Positions 39,738-53,260 of a DNA stretch of 64,000 nt are shown one piece after another; the stretch's first letter is position 1; each line of letters begins with the position of its first letter. The DNA is from Eledone cirrhosa (taxonomy: Eukaryota). Under the pieces are notes generated by a model that saw only the letters and a program-made list of their open reading frames with translations, had not been told where the DNA came from and searched no databases. Made by a program: the position numbers and the translations under genes. Where the stretch lies: the NCBI GenBank assembly GCA_964016885.1, contig OZ024743.1, forward strand, positions 61,132,001-61,196,000, given 5' to 3'.

Positions 39738-40543
39738 GGAGATAGCGAGCGAGAGAGACGGGAAGGGAACGAAAGAAAGAATGAAATAGAGGGGGAAGAA
39801 TTGATCTCAATATTTGATTGGTAATTTATTTATCGAACTCGTAAGTATGAATGGCGAAGTTGATCTCAGCCGGATTTGAACTCAGAGTGCAAAGAGCTGG
39901 AATAAACACTGCAAGATATTTGTTCATGAAACAATCGCAATACCTCATCGCCTAATACTTATATTTTCCTCCCCTTACTACCAAAACACACATCTTATTC
40001 TATATACACTACAATTTATGTACATGTTATGTTTATCGCATATCGAAGTTTTTTTTATATCTTGGTTGATATTTGATAATAACAGCTAAACTAATCACTA
40101 CAACTAAATTGACTTAATTTGGCCCCCGCAATTCAGAAATGCTTCCACCGCCCCTGAATTGGGAGCAAAATAAAGACAACTCACCATATGCTTATATTCT
40201 TCGGTGACATTGGCAATATAGAATTAACATGACCTTGACAATATATCATCGATATGATCTTGGCAATATAGTATTAATATGACCTTGGCAATGGAGTATA
40301 AATATGACCTTCAAATACGTGCACGCTCAAGCAGACATACATAGTTACACATAAGCACAAATACATACCTAATTATTAATAATCCAAAGTTTCGGTTTTA
40401 AAGGAAAGAGTGGGGGAATGTTTGGGTCGTGACGTTCATACCAATTAACAGATGATAAGTATTGTAAGTATAGTGGTTTATAATTGGCGGCTTGTGGTTG
40501 TTTAAATACAGAATATCAGAATATAAAAATAGAATATTTCCCA

Positions 40544-40613
<70 letters not shown>

Positions 40614-41059
40614 TCTCTCTCTCTCGCTCTCTGTCTCCTCTATCTTTGCTCTTACTTTCTCGCTTTTTTCTCTCTCTCCTCTTTGTTCGCTCATTCTTTC
40701 CCTTTCTTTTCAATTTACTTTTGGTTTTGGTTCCTAGCTAAAGCTGGTGCGACTGATATAATATGATGTAATTTATGTAGAAACCTTTCAAACAAATACT
40801 GTACTGTGTAAGCTGTTGAATGAAGTTCTAACAAACTTAATATAGACAACACTACATGGCTATCTTCACTTTATTTTATTTTATTTCATATTTTTTGCAG
40901 AATGTATTGAGGTGAACACTGGGTTGTAATAGCTGCGCTATATTTTATCTCCATTTTTGCCAGAGCGAATGTTTGTTATTTCGAAAACTATTTCAAGAAG
41001 ATAAATGATGAGAGTATTCTGTTTGGGTATTTCTCTTCGAGTATTGTCTTTCACTCAGT

Positions 41060-41385
41060 TCCTGTTAAGACTAGACATCATCTGGGTTTTCCAGGTGACA
41101 ATGCAGCACATTCTACTAGAGGTAACTGTAGCCTGGGGGGATAGGATGGAAGAGAGGAAATAACAGGGGCTGATAGATGATTGGTGAAGGAACGGGTGGG
41201 GGAGTAGGTGTATGGCAGTAGAAGTAGGCAGTCGAAGGTTGTCAGATAGTTCTCTTGATAGAGCCTATGGAACTCTGGGAATTAGGAGAGCAACCCGGAG
41301 GAGTGGTATGAAAAACAGTGAGGAAGCAGGAGAGAGGTCTTTTAGATGGCTATGGCAAAGGAGAAGCGAACGTTGGGTGTCAGTA
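41060..41385 (+). mobile_element. HERO/NeSL-type LINE restriction-like endonuclease 3' remnant
   Basis: LRLDIIWV...ILLEVTVAWGDRMEERK...GW..RCMAVEVGSR....SLDRAYGTLGI....ERSFRWLW.RR..W. Confidence 0.75.
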
Positions 41386-42133
41386 GTATGTTTTCCATTT
41401 AGATATAGGCCGAGGTTTTATCAATATCTGTTACGTCATCTTCATGAGGATGTATGTTGTAAGAGGGCCTTGTTGAGGCGGATCCACTGAAGAGGTCTTT
41501 GTTGGGTATGGTCCACTGAAGAGGGCTGAAGTATTTTCTGGTCCTGAAGAAGAAGGCTGGTAATTGTAATATAATTTTGGTAATGTTATATAGAATTACA
41601 GACTATACTCCCGGTTACCCCACTGATGATGTGTCCAGTAGTTGTGTGGAGACTTTTGGTAGGGTACGCAAAGATAGTACTCGGGTCTGCGAGTCAAGTT
41701 TAAATTTCCAAGTACTTGGTAAATCATAATATACGTATACTATAAGCTATTCATTATTCTTTAAGTATAAACATTTTACATTGATAGTATCACCGCATTA
41801 CAATCTAGATAGGGGAGTAAGTAATTTTAGCGGGAGAGGTTTGTGGGAGAGTTCATTTAAATAAGCGAATCATAAGGAGCGAAAAGTTTCAGAATCACTG
41901 GTCTATTACTACCATTTAATAATCTGGGCTGAGAGTAATTGTAGCAGGGGTATGTCTGAAAATTTAAATAAAAGGGATTCTTGGGAGAGAAAAGTTGGGG
42001 AACTACTGGTTTATGATTACTGTATAAAATCTATTGGGGGAAGTAATTGTCTGAGGCTCAATTCATTAAACAAAGTTATAAAGTAACTTGACTTTGTTGT
42101 TTTATTTTCATTGTTAATACCATATATTTAATA

Positions 42134-42184
<51 letters not shown>

Positions 42185-42599
42185 GCAGTGTGACAAGAAG
42201 CTTGCTTCCCAACCACATGCTTCTGGGTTCAGTCCCACTGCCCGGGCCGGCCAAACCCCTGTGAGTGGATTTGATAGACCGAAACTAAAAGAAGCACGTC
42301 CTATATATGTCTATATGTCTGTGTGTGTTTTTGCGTTTGTGTTTGCCCTCCCACCAATGCTTGTTGGTTTGTTGACGTCCCCATAACTTACCAAGGTGAT
42401 GTTCGAGCATGGGCGTAGTCCAGAGACAGAAAAAAAGTAAAGTGTATATATATTTATATATATATATATATATATGAGTGTGTGTGTGTGTAGAAGATGG
42501 GTCTCAAACTCAAGGACATAAAAGCGCCATTACGTCCTGGAGGAGAGGCACAGTGGGCCGAACATGGTGGTGGGTGATGATTATTTTCACCATTTATAA

Positions 42600-42812
42600 T
42601 CATTTCTACTATAGGCACAAGGCATGACATTTGGGGTTTCTGGTCCCGTCGATTACATCGATCCCAGTTCACAACTGGTAACTAATTTATCGACCCCAAA
42701 AGGATGAAAGGCAAAGTTGAGATCGGCGGAATTTGAACTCAGAACGTAAAAGCAGGAGAAGTACCGCTAAGCATTTCGCCAGATGTGCTAACGATTCCAC
42801 CAGCTCACCGCC
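42600..42812 (-). mobile_element. Nin-type SINE copy (divergent)
   Basis: TTATCGACCCC..AAGGATGAAAGGCAAAGTTGA..TCGGCGGAATTTGAACTCAGA. Confidence 0.8.
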
Positions 42813-42908
42813 TGATTTTCACATAATGGAATCTGAAATATTGGTTCTATCACGGGTCATAGAAAAATAGTTCGCGGGCCGCATGTTTGAGTCCCCTGTT
42901 GGAGAGAT

Positions 42909-42977
<69 letters not shown>

Positions 42978-43034
42978 CGTGTACCAAACACACACACACA
43001 TTTCTTACTCTCTCTTTCTCTCTTCATTTATATA

Positions 43035-43350
43035 TCATAATCTATAAAGCTCAGTGTGTGGTCATGCTCCTTTCTTATAGAAATCTACGATATAGAATTT
43101 CTTCAATTGAAATTTACAATTCAGTATTCGAAATAGCATCGATTGCGTCTTGGCACATCTAATTTTTTCAATTTCACCCACAATTACGCAAAAAATAGAT
43201 AAAACTCAATATTTTACGATTTTCCTCTGTCATTTAAACTGCTAAAATCTTTCCATTACCATTCAAAATCTATACAACTTCATACTTCTGCTACTTTCTC
43301 TTTCCAAGCTTGATGGTGATACTGTCCGTTTTACTCTCTCATATCATCTG
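43035..43350 (+). mobile_element. Helitron 5'-end fragment (same family as 16264-18870)
   Basis: A|TCATAATCTATAAAGCTCAGTGTGTGGTCA... is the reverse complement of 18555-18870. Confidence 0.9.
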
Positions 43351-43770
43351 ACAACGTGCGTGATTGCCGAAGAGAGAGAGAGAAGAGAGTGAGAGGGAGA
43401 GAGATAGAGAACGTTTATTATTACATAAAGTACCAGTAATGTACTGGTTAATTGCTGGCCTTGTGCCAAGAAAGTAGAAACAATTATTACATTTCATACG
43501 AAATGACAATTATTCAAAAGCAACAGATATATTTATTCAACAACAAGCGATAAATCTTTTTTAAAAGCTCTTTTCCAAACGCATACAAACACACACTCAC
43601 TTCAACAACAACAACAACAATCTGCCTTTTATAGATAACTAGCATTAAAGCCCGGCGTTGCTCGGGGTCATTAAGTTACCAAAGTTAGGTTGCACCACCC
43701 ATTTTATGGCAGCACTTTTTTGTCTGCCAGGCACTACAACAACAACTACTACTACTATTACTATTACTGC

Positions 43771-43832
<62 letters not shown>

Positions 43833-43844
43833 TGTCATCAATGC

Positions 43845-44245
43845 GTTCTAGTATACTGTGGATAGTCTGCAATTCTATATAACATTACCAAAACTACATT
43901 ACAATGACCAGCTTTCCCCTTCAGAAAATACTTCAGCCTTCTTCAGAAGATCACCTTCAATAGATCCTTCTTCAGAAGATCACCGTCAATAAAACCCTCT
44001 TCGGACGAACGCTGTCAACAAAGCCCACGTCAGTGGAACACCTTCAGCAAAACCCTCTTCAGAAGGTCACCCTCCACAAAGCCCTCTTCAGTGGAACACC
44101 CTCAGCAAACCCTCTTCAGAAGGTCACCCTCCACAAAGCCCTCTTCAGTGGAACAGCCTCAGAAAGCCCCTCCTCAGAAAGTCACCCTCCATAAAGCCCT
44201 CTTCCGTGGATCACCGTCAAAAAAGCTCTTATCTTCTCTCCAGGT
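43845..44245. repeat. Repeat element with internal ~28-29-bp minisatellite; inverted relative at ~41440-41610
   Basis: AAAGCCCTCTTCAG(TGGAACACC/AAGGTCACC)CTC units; unique flank GCAATTCTATATAACATTACCAAAA is the reverse complement of 41575-41600. Confidence 0.75.
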
Positions 44246-45235
44246 CTGAATACGGCAGATTTCTTCCAGAGAAGAATAGAGAGAGCGACAGAAAAGAAGT
44301 GAGAGTGAGAAAGAGATATAGATGAAAATTCCACCCCAGTACTTGACACTGGTACTTTTTATGGATAAAAGGCAATGTTGCCCACACTCTAGAACGGCTA
44401 CGTTATAAACAAGTATCATGGGCGCACATCGTAAATCTACTTACATATCTGTGATTGTCGTTCTACCAAAAACACACACACATATATACTCATACACCAC
44501 ACAAACAAACAATAACACAAACACGCTTACACCCACCCACACACACGTGCGCGCGCATTAGATAACTGCCTATATATACAATCATTCAAAATCCACAGTA
44601 GAACACTGCTTGTGTTTCTGGGACAGCAAGCTGGCTCTTTCATACACAAACATTTTTCGTTCCACATTAGAGTATTGCTCACGTATTTGTGTTAGTCCCT
44701 CTGCTGCACATACCACATCGAATTCACACTTCTATGAGAACTTTCATAGAACCACTGACTCTTCTCATTTTCCCCAAACTAAATAACCATCTCGGTAAAT
44801 AAATAAATGAATAAACGAATAGATAAACGAATAGATAAATGAATCAAGGAATAAATAAATAAATGAATAAATAAAAGTAAGGGAAGATCAGACATTTATA
44901 TCAACGCTACTCAAAATATCCCAAAAGGTTTTGATAGAGAGGGAATAAATGGTTAGGGGCACGCGGCGGGTGATATCTACTAGTTAGTGTTTATTAATTT
45001 CATTATAAAATGCAAACAAATATCGCTGGGTCTTGTAGACTACCCACCAGTTATCGTAAATATAGCAGAAGAATTTATTGAAATGGCCCTTGATGTCGAA
45101 GCGAAGTCCATGCTGACATTTACAGGAATTAGGTATTACTGGATGAACGATGAAATACTCCACGTTTTACTAACATTTACGCGTGTATACTGCGAAATCT
45201 GGCTTTAGCTATGTTCATTATTTACTAAGCAGCAG

Positions 45236-45862
45236 GGCCGTGGATTGGCAGTATCGGTAGAGGGTCGTACGACATGCTTTGCAGCATAGAGTTATGGCCC
45301 TTTATGATCTGAGTTCAAATCGTGCCAAGGTTAACTTTGCCTTTCATCCTTACGGGGTTGATAAAATAAAGTACCAGTCACGTATTGGAGTCGATTTAAT
45401 CGACCTTTCCCTCCCCCAAATTACTGGCCTTGCTTGTGCCTATACTAGGAATCATTATTTACTAAGCAGTATGGCCAGTGGATTGGCAGTATCGGTAGAG
45501 GGTCGGACGCCATGCTTTGACGCATAGAGTTACGGCCCTTGCCATTCTGAGTTCAAATCCCGCCGAGGTTAACTTTGCCTTTCATCCTTATGGGGTCGAT
45601 AAAATAAAGTACCAGTAATACACTGGGTAATTGCTGGCCTTGTGCCAAAAGTAGAAACAATTATTTACTAAGCAGTAGGACGTGGATTGGCTGTAAAGGT
45701 AGGGCGGAATATAGTTACGGCTCTTTACACTCTGAGTTCACCGAGGTTAGCTTTGCCTTTCATCCTTACTGGGTCGATAAAATAAAGTACCAGTAACGCA
45801 CTGGAGTCAATTTAATCAACTTTTCCCTCCCCCCAAATTGTGCCTAAATCAGAAACCATTAT
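45236..45862 (+). mobile_element. Three Nin-type SINEs in head-to-tail tandem
   Basis: TGGATTGGC heads at ~45241, ~45479, ~45683, each preceded by TTATTT(T)ACTAAGCAG. Confidence 0.85.
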
Positions 45863-47236
45863 TTACTAAGTAGAGAACGAAGATATTTGCGACCCAAACA
45901 CATAAACCTATAATCTAATACACGTGATCGTATCATCATCATTCTACATCCGGTTTCCCTGCTAGCAAAAATAATTCAAAGTTTAAAGGTGCATTTGCAT
46001 TCATAGTTTACTGATTCATGTAAGTTGTATTAAACATTGGTAAATTAGTTATGTTTTGTAATTTTACATTCTATTCACTTTTTAGCAAAGCATAATTTTA
46101 AATTTCATTTCCAGTTGATCATATTTGAAAAGTATTTAATCGATATAATCTCATCCATCGTTCAGTACACACCAGCCAAAAGATTCTGAGCAATTTCTTA
46201 GTTCCCACACATAGATGCAGCAGGGCTGAGGGTTAAGGAGTTCGTGTCTCAATCAATAAGGCACTGAGTTCGATCTCACTACGTAACCCCATAGGTAGAT
46301 ATCATTTACCATAGTCCCAGGTTGATCCATGCCTTGTGACTGGAATTAGATAAACAGAAAATGTTTGGAGATCCATAGGATCGACTGCACCTGTAATTCA
46401 AAGGTCCAGCTTTTGCACAGTGTTACGCTGCATCTCCATGAGAAATAGGTTAAAGATACACGTGTCTGTGGAATGCTCAGTTAATTGCACGATGATTTCT
46501 TGTGCAGGCTGTTACGTTCATAGAACAACTGGAACACATCTTCTAAACCACCAGAGGACCATCGAACGATCAAGATCCCATAGGTCTATTGACATATGCC
46601 TGGCTATATCAAGTCCACATCCCACATAATATTCTGTTTTAAATTTACCTGCAGATAAAATATTAGTTTTCTTATATATAATCTGGCAGAGACAGCAAAT
46701 ATGAAACCATGTGATATATACTGTTGTAGTGGCTAAGGTTCATACCTGCAGAGCTTCAGCCAAGATCCTATGATGTTGCATCTGATGTGATGTTTCTTGG
46801 GTGATTTACTGACAGGGGCCCAACACATATAACATAATCATCATTCGCATGACAAGAAACAAGAGCTCAACTCTAAACATAGAGCCAAAAGAGACAACAC
46901 GAGGTTTTCAACACATCTGCCAATCCATTGCTCTGAACAGACGTACACTTCATTTATCGACACCGAAAGGATGGAAGGTATGGTTGAGCTCGGAGGAATT
47001 TGAACTCAGAACGTATAAATACAAGAACAACATCTGGCAGGTATTTAATCTGCCGCTCTGCTGACTCAATAAATATTCAACATCTGTGTCATATATATTT
47101 CGTGTGTATAAGTGCATCATTTAAGTTTGTATATCATTAAAAAATCGTAACCATTTATGTATATATGTATAATGTATATATATATATATATACATACATA
47201 TATATATATGTACACACACACACACACACACACACA

Positions 47237-47293
<57 letters not shown>

Positions 47294-47654
47294 ATATATA
47301 TATCATCATCATCATCATTGTTTGTATGTATCTATGTAGACATACATACATACATACATATTCCAACGCTGGTAGAGTAAAAAATATACTTTTATAATTG
47401 TTAGTTTGTTATAACTGGCTTCACATACGTTCCATATGTTTAGATGTTACGCTAGAGTTCATATTTATATAATACCTAATGAGATAGACAACCACTAAAT
47501 TTCAATACTGAGAGACCTTCTGTTTATTAGAACTGTCTGCATTGACGTTAGTTGGAAATCATTTGCAATTTGGCAATTGTCTGTTGGAATTCAGTATATA
47601 TTCCTCACAGAAAATTAAATCATTCTCTCTTATATACATATATACACATCAGGC

Positions 47655-47960
47655 TCAAACACAAAAGAACCAAACTCCCAATGGCACTGCCTCTGTCCTT
47701 CCCCCTCTCCTATCTCTCACTATTGTGAGCAAATGGGGCCCAACACACAGGCCACCATGCGGCCACGGCGGACAGAATAGAGAAGGCGTTTCCCCGAGGA
47801 TGGTGAGGGAGATGCACCGGAAGAGCCATTCGAGCTCGCGAGACTCACACCTGCGGGTAGCCAAATCTCTACGATGGTATTGAGCAGGATGATGGCCCTA
47901 GGGACACAGACACCAGAAGTCTCCACAGCCAAGGGCTCCACCATAAACTTGTCGGAGCGT
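47655..47960 (-). mobile_element. CRE-clade LINE 3'-end fragment
   Basis: VEPLAVETSGV..PRAI.LL; ATRRCESRELEWLFRCISLTIL; matches 12450-12545. Confidence 0.75.
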
Positions 47961-49462
47961 GACCATATGTCATTTATTTCTCAAGTCATATGTTTCTATT
48001 CAATTGCTAAAGTTGTGAAGGCGTATTGCTTAATGGCTTGATTGTTCGGCGCACCATGATCAAAAGTTTGTGAGTTCAATTCCTAGACTGACAAATGTGT
48101 TGTGTTCTTGAACAAGACGCTTCATTTCAAGTTGCTTTTCATGATAAGACTGGAGCTGCTTACTATCAAGTCATCTGAGAATATTCTTAGGTGATGCAAC
48201 CTCATTGGATTGCAGCTAAACCTGCAAAAGTGTGAGCGGTAGATTTCATGTTTTCCCTTAGAAATGCTGTGGTTATTGATGCTGCTGTTTTATTTAACCC
48301 TCGGTCAGAACTAATCATGCAAATTTATGTTCAAAAACTTTTAATTTTTTTTTTTTTTTTCTATGACTCAAACGTCTTCTCTTATCACTTATATCATGAA
48401 ACCCACCTCCCTTTCTTTTCACCTAGTTCCGCACTGACATTGTTTGCCAGTCGTTCCTCATCAGAACTCTATTGTCTAGAGTTCCATCCATTATGCTGCA
48501 GTTGTTTGATATAGTGGACGGTGTGCACGTGGACTTGATGTTCCGCATAGACTGTTCAAGTACTTCGCCTAACCTTAGTCAGAGATGAAAATTGTATCCA
48601 AATTACCCTCAGTTCACATTCTTCTGTCTTGAAACTAGTAACCAAATGAACTTCAAATAACATTCTTCCGTTTTGTAAAGAAATGGACAGATTGGATAAC
48701 ACACCCCCACTGCCCATGCCCACATACCCACCACCCCTAAAAAGAAAAGACAAAATGGTTATGATTGGGATGTATCTGCTTATCAGGGCTCAGTTGGGAA
48801 TAGATGTCAACGACAACAGCATGAGAAAACCCATCTCGATTCATTGAATTTATGAGTTTAACCTTGTTAGTCATATAACACTCTTTAGAGACAGATGCTT
48901 GACAAAAACAAAATGTATCACTACATTATCTATATCTTCGTGGGTAGGAATACTTATCAGCTTCGCTAATGAGGCACTTAAAACCCTGAAACTTTCCCGA
49001 TATTGACTGTCGTTACTGCCGATATAATTAAAATAATATGAATCACTCACTAATAACATTTCTTTTCTTGACCACATAATTATATCTAATTTGATATTCA
49101 ACACAATGTTAACTCTAACTTACCAATATATACACAGATATATATGTATGTTCTTCTGGTTTTATAATTTCCCAAATGTTTGCCAATAGAGAGAGAGAGT
49201 CGGTTTCTAGCATAGACACAAGATTCTCTCATTGGAATTTACACATCAACTAGGTAGATATGTATGCATGTCTGCATGCATGCATGTGTAGATGTGGATA
49301 TTATTGTATGTGTGGATGTATATGTTTTGAGTTGTATGTGTGCATGTGTATATGCTTTGCATCTGTACATGTGTATATGCAGTTATTAGATGCAAAATGT
49401 TTGGAATGTTTTACATATTTTTACTGTTCCATTAATGGATTGTACTTGTAATTTCCTAACTA

Positions 49463-49566
49463 GTTGTGTTCTTTCTGTTCCCGTGAAGCCTAGCTTCTCA
49501 AGATTTGTATTGAGGCAGTTACTAACATACCCCAGTGCCCCAATAATCACAGGCATAAATCTGAAG
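49463..49566 (-). mobile_element. R4/Dong REL-domain scrap abutting (ATAC)n
   Basis: Minus translation FRFMPVIIGALGYVSNCLNTNLEKLG directly following a (TACA)n tract. Confidence 0.6.
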
Positions 49567-49664
49567 GTGTATGTATGTATGTATGTATGTATGTATGTAT
49601 GTATGTATGTATGTATGTATGTATGTATGTATGTATGTGTGTATGTGTGTCTGTGTGTATAGAA

Positions 49665-49935
49665 TGCATAGCTCGGAGATCAGAGTATTACTCCGGATAG
49701 TCTCTACTTCTCCGAATTGAGCGATCACAGCTCCGATACTATGGGTATGCGGTTAGAATGTCTCAAGAAAGAATCGCTGGACAGATTTTCAGGCAAACGC
49801 CAACCGACAGGAGACCCTGGGATAGACAGCAAGTTGGTAGGATAACATCCATCATCCATGAGCTTGGCTGGTCTCGCTTGTGGATCCCGCCGGATCAGTT
49901 GGAGAAGAAGAAGAAGAAGAAGAAAAAGAAGAAGA
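49665..49935 (+). mobile_element. RTE-like LINE 3' remnant with (GAA)n run; related copy 57855-58125 (-)
   Basis: RMSQERIAGQIFRQTPTDRRP...GR...IIHELGWSRL; near reverse-complement copy at 57855-58125. Confidence 0.65.
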
Positions 49936-49965
49936 AATGTGTAAGTGTGTACGTGTGTATTATGT

Positions 49966-50257
49966 AGGAATGTGTGGCTTAGTGGTTAGGCTGTTCGGTT
50001 CACAATCGTACGATCTTGAATTCGAGTCAGAGTGGCGCGTTTTGTCCTTGAGCAAGACACTCTATTTCACGTTGCACCAGTCCACGCCGCTGGTAAAATT
50101 GTGACACGCAGAATATCTCTGAGAAATATGTTCGAGGAATGCTCAGGCACTTACACACTAATTCTCCGAATAAGCTGTTCAGTTTTCCAAACAAGTGGAT
50201 CACTGACCGCTTGAACCGACGGAGGTTCAACACATGTATGCCTGTTACTTGTCTCGT

Positions 50258-50258
<1 letters not shown>
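49966..50258 (+). mobile_element. Second tRNA-derived SINE family (degenerate relatives ~22830-23080 -, ~46220-46560, ~48020-48140)
   Basis: A box TGGCTTAGTGGTTAGG, B-box-like ATTCGAGTC, core TGTCCTTGAGCAAGACACT.TATTTCACGTTGC. Confidence 0.65.
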
Positions 50259-50317
<59 letters not shown>

Positions 50318-50326
50318 TGCGCGTGC

Positions 50327-50360
<34 letters not shown>

Positions 50361-50361
<1 letters not shown>

Positions 50362-50568
50362 AGAATACATGAAAAAAACATGCTTTTCCATTACAGGGTA
50401 TTCTTACCAGCAGGGTGAAAGACACATAAACTGTTATGAATGTACTTTTTTAAATTTATTAATCTGTTTGATTATAATGTTTTTCTCGTACCTTTCAGTT
50501 TATATGTCTTTCACCCTGGTGCTAAAAATATCTTGTAATGAAAAAGCGTGTTCTTTTCATGTATTCTC
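50361..50568. mobile_element. Palindromic MITE-like element (~210 bp)
   Basis: GAGAATACATGAAAA...CAGGGTGAAAGACA.ATAAACTG mirrors CAGTTTATATGTCTTTCACCCTG...TTTTCATGTATTCTC. Confidence 0.7.
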
Positions 50569-50651
50569 TCCTATATATTTTCAAGAGCCCGGAACAATTT
50601 CCTTGAGCTCATTATATTACAGGGGACAGTCTTTTACTCCGTTACTTCATT

Positions 50652-50701
<50 letters not shown>

Positions 50702-50918
50702 AATGAAGTAACGGATAACAAATTATCGTTATAGGTAATCCAGTTATAGGTTGTGGGTACTCTGTAATGTGTATAGTTTTAACGTACAGCGTTATTTGAC
50801 TCAACAAGAGGTTACCTTAGTTAGGTGGCGAGTTCCCGGGAATTCCTATGCAGGTTAATCTTGGGGTAATAATAGTGAAAGAATGAAGAATATCATGGTC
50901 AACAGTATAAAAAGCGTT

Positions 50919-51151
50919 TTATTTACAGTATTAATTATTGTTTCGTTGATTAGGGTGTCTAAAGATTGCTAATCACTTGAAGTTGTGTCACTCAATCTTA
51001 AATACAATGTATGCATAATCAAATCATCAGAATAACTCATTCTGATGATTTGATTTGGCATACATTGTATTTAAAATTGAGTGACACAACTTCAAGTGAT
51101 TAGCAATCTTTAGACACCCTAATCAATGAAACAACAATTAATACTGTAAAT
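50919..51151. ncRNA. Two head-to-head type I hammerhead motifs (family C) with a ~60-nt loop II: 50919-51035 (-) and 51039-51151 (+)
   Basis: TTATT-CTGATGA-T-TTGATT-[~63 nt]-AATCAA-(C/T)-GAAA-CA...TG-TA-AATAA; inside palindrome 50898-51174. Confidence 0.7.
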
Positions 51152-51222
51152 AAAACCCTTTTTGTACTGTTGACTCTGTTTTTTGTTCTTTGTTCATTTA
51201 TTAAACTATATATATATATAGA

Positions 51223-51286
<64 letters not shown>

Positions 51287-51299
51287 GAGAGAGAGAGAA

Positions 51300-51424
51300 T
51301 TATTCCGGGTTGAATCGGAGGTAACCACAGTAAGTAAGGTACTCAATACTTAACAGAGTATAAAAGTCTTAATATAGAGGAGCTTCTACAGGACTAGAAC
51401 GGTTTCATTCATGAGAAATCATCA
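51300..51424 (-). mobile_element. 5'-truncated family A HHR element (cut inside the CUGAUGA box)
   Basis: Matches 8852-8975; ends ...GAGAAATCATCA|(AT)n. Confidence 0.8.
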
Positions 51425-52699
51425 ATATATATATATATATGGGTGTGTGTGTGTGTGTGTTTGTACGTGCGTTCACATGTATGTGTTCACATGCGCACAC
51501 ACACCACAAACATAATATAGAGAGAGGGGAAAATACTACTAAATAGGTATAATAATGCCATTATTCAACTTAGTACACCGTAGTTTTATATATACAAATA
51601 GGATGTCCCCAAAAATGTAAACACACTTCATCAGAATTCTAATAACTATTGCCTGTACATGTAATCAACGTGGGTATACATTTTTGGGGGGACACCAAGT
51701 ATATAAATATATATATATATTTATACACATACACTGACAATAACATGAATATTGACAAATCAGTGACATACATTCACCAATCTGCTATTTAGCATACTCC
51801 CAATAATATGCATCGTTGCCCAGTTGGTTGTGTATTATACTCATTTGACACACCTCACAGCAGCGGTTACCAGCCCGAGTCTAATAAAATAGTACTGGTA
51901 GTCCAGTATAATTACAAGTATTTGTTTAAAATATGATTGATAGGCGGGTGTCTATTCTTCTGTAAATATAAATATTTCACTCATCTGATTGTTATTCTCG
52001 GTGTATATCAATTTGGTTGTTCTGGGAGGTTCCTGGGAAAATTCATGTAAATAAAAAGTGTCCTTAGTAGTGAAAAATTGGGGATTCCCTGTCTTGCAGC
52101 ATCTCTGATCTCTAGTCAAGCGGCAGTCTGTCTTAAGTTATACGTGAATAATGTTTACATATACCATTTAGTCATTCCCAACATTTTCAAAACTAGATTC
52201 CACTTGTATTTAAATAAAATTTCCCACGAACAGCTCGATATAATTACATCCCTCCCGGATTTTTATTCAGCAAGAATATGAATTGAAGGTCAAGTGTCTA
52301 TAATTAGATAAGAATGGAAAAAACAACAGAGTATGTATATATGGTTTTTAACAAAGTACATGGAATTTTGAATTTAGCTCGCGGTGGACAATTTTTATAT
52401 ATGTTGAGCAGCATAATTTCATCAGCTCCAAGAGTTTGTTAGTGTTCCAAGACCACAGGTGGTTTTATTGGTTGTATAAACTGGAACACACGTCGTGTAT
52501 GTGTGTGTGGAAGGCTGTGACACACTGTGTCACTCTGAATCTCCCTGAGAAATACGTTAAGAATGCAAGTTTCTGTGGAATCCAGTGGCACATTCACGTT
52601 ATTTTCACGTGCAGACTATTCTGTTGATTGTATGTACTAGAACACTCATTATTTCAACTGACCGTGTTCCTACGATGACTGTATGTCTGTGAGCATGTT

Positions 52700-53260
52700 T
52701 GTAAATTTGTCCAAATCTGTGATTTTGGAAAAAAGGGAAAACTAGGAGAGTGACTCAAATCAAGTTATTGTTATCAACGGCACAGTAAAAAATAATAGAA
52801 TTCTGAGGGGAATCCTTCGGGAATTCTATTGGGGCCATTATTGTTTGTGGTAGTGATTTTCACAAAACCCCTCTATTATACGAAAAGTCACTCAGTTATA
52901 CGAATATTTATGTTAATGAAATGAAACTATCAAAGACAACGACTACAGTATAATATACAATTTGTCTGAAGAAAACATGCAAACATATTTTGTAAAATGT
53001 TAAGCACTTCAGCATCAGCCATCTAATAGATTGCTGTCAGGATATTCAGCAACAGGCAAGAAACAATCTCAACATCCCAATCAGAGTGTGAGCTAGGGAT
53101 CAATATGAGCAATGATGCATCGTATTACAAAAATAGCAACATTATGCAAATAACTACCTACATGGATTCTGAGATCGTTAAAACCAAAGCAAGAAACCAA
53201 GATGGCCAGGAGAAGAACGCCTCCGCCACATAAGCTATTACACTCAACTATAGTTACTAT
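52700..53260 (+). mobile_element. Very degenerate CR1/Jockey-like RT remnant
   Basis: QVIVING....G.P.GILLGPLLFVVVI resembles RT motif GVPQGxVLGPLLF; otherwise decayed. Confidence 0.4.

Noticed and set aside
43920-44225. CRISPR-like regularly spaced repeats
   Set aside because: Contiguous degenerate minisatellite with no unique spacers, no cas genes, eukaryotic context; the 310-bp array likewise has no spacers
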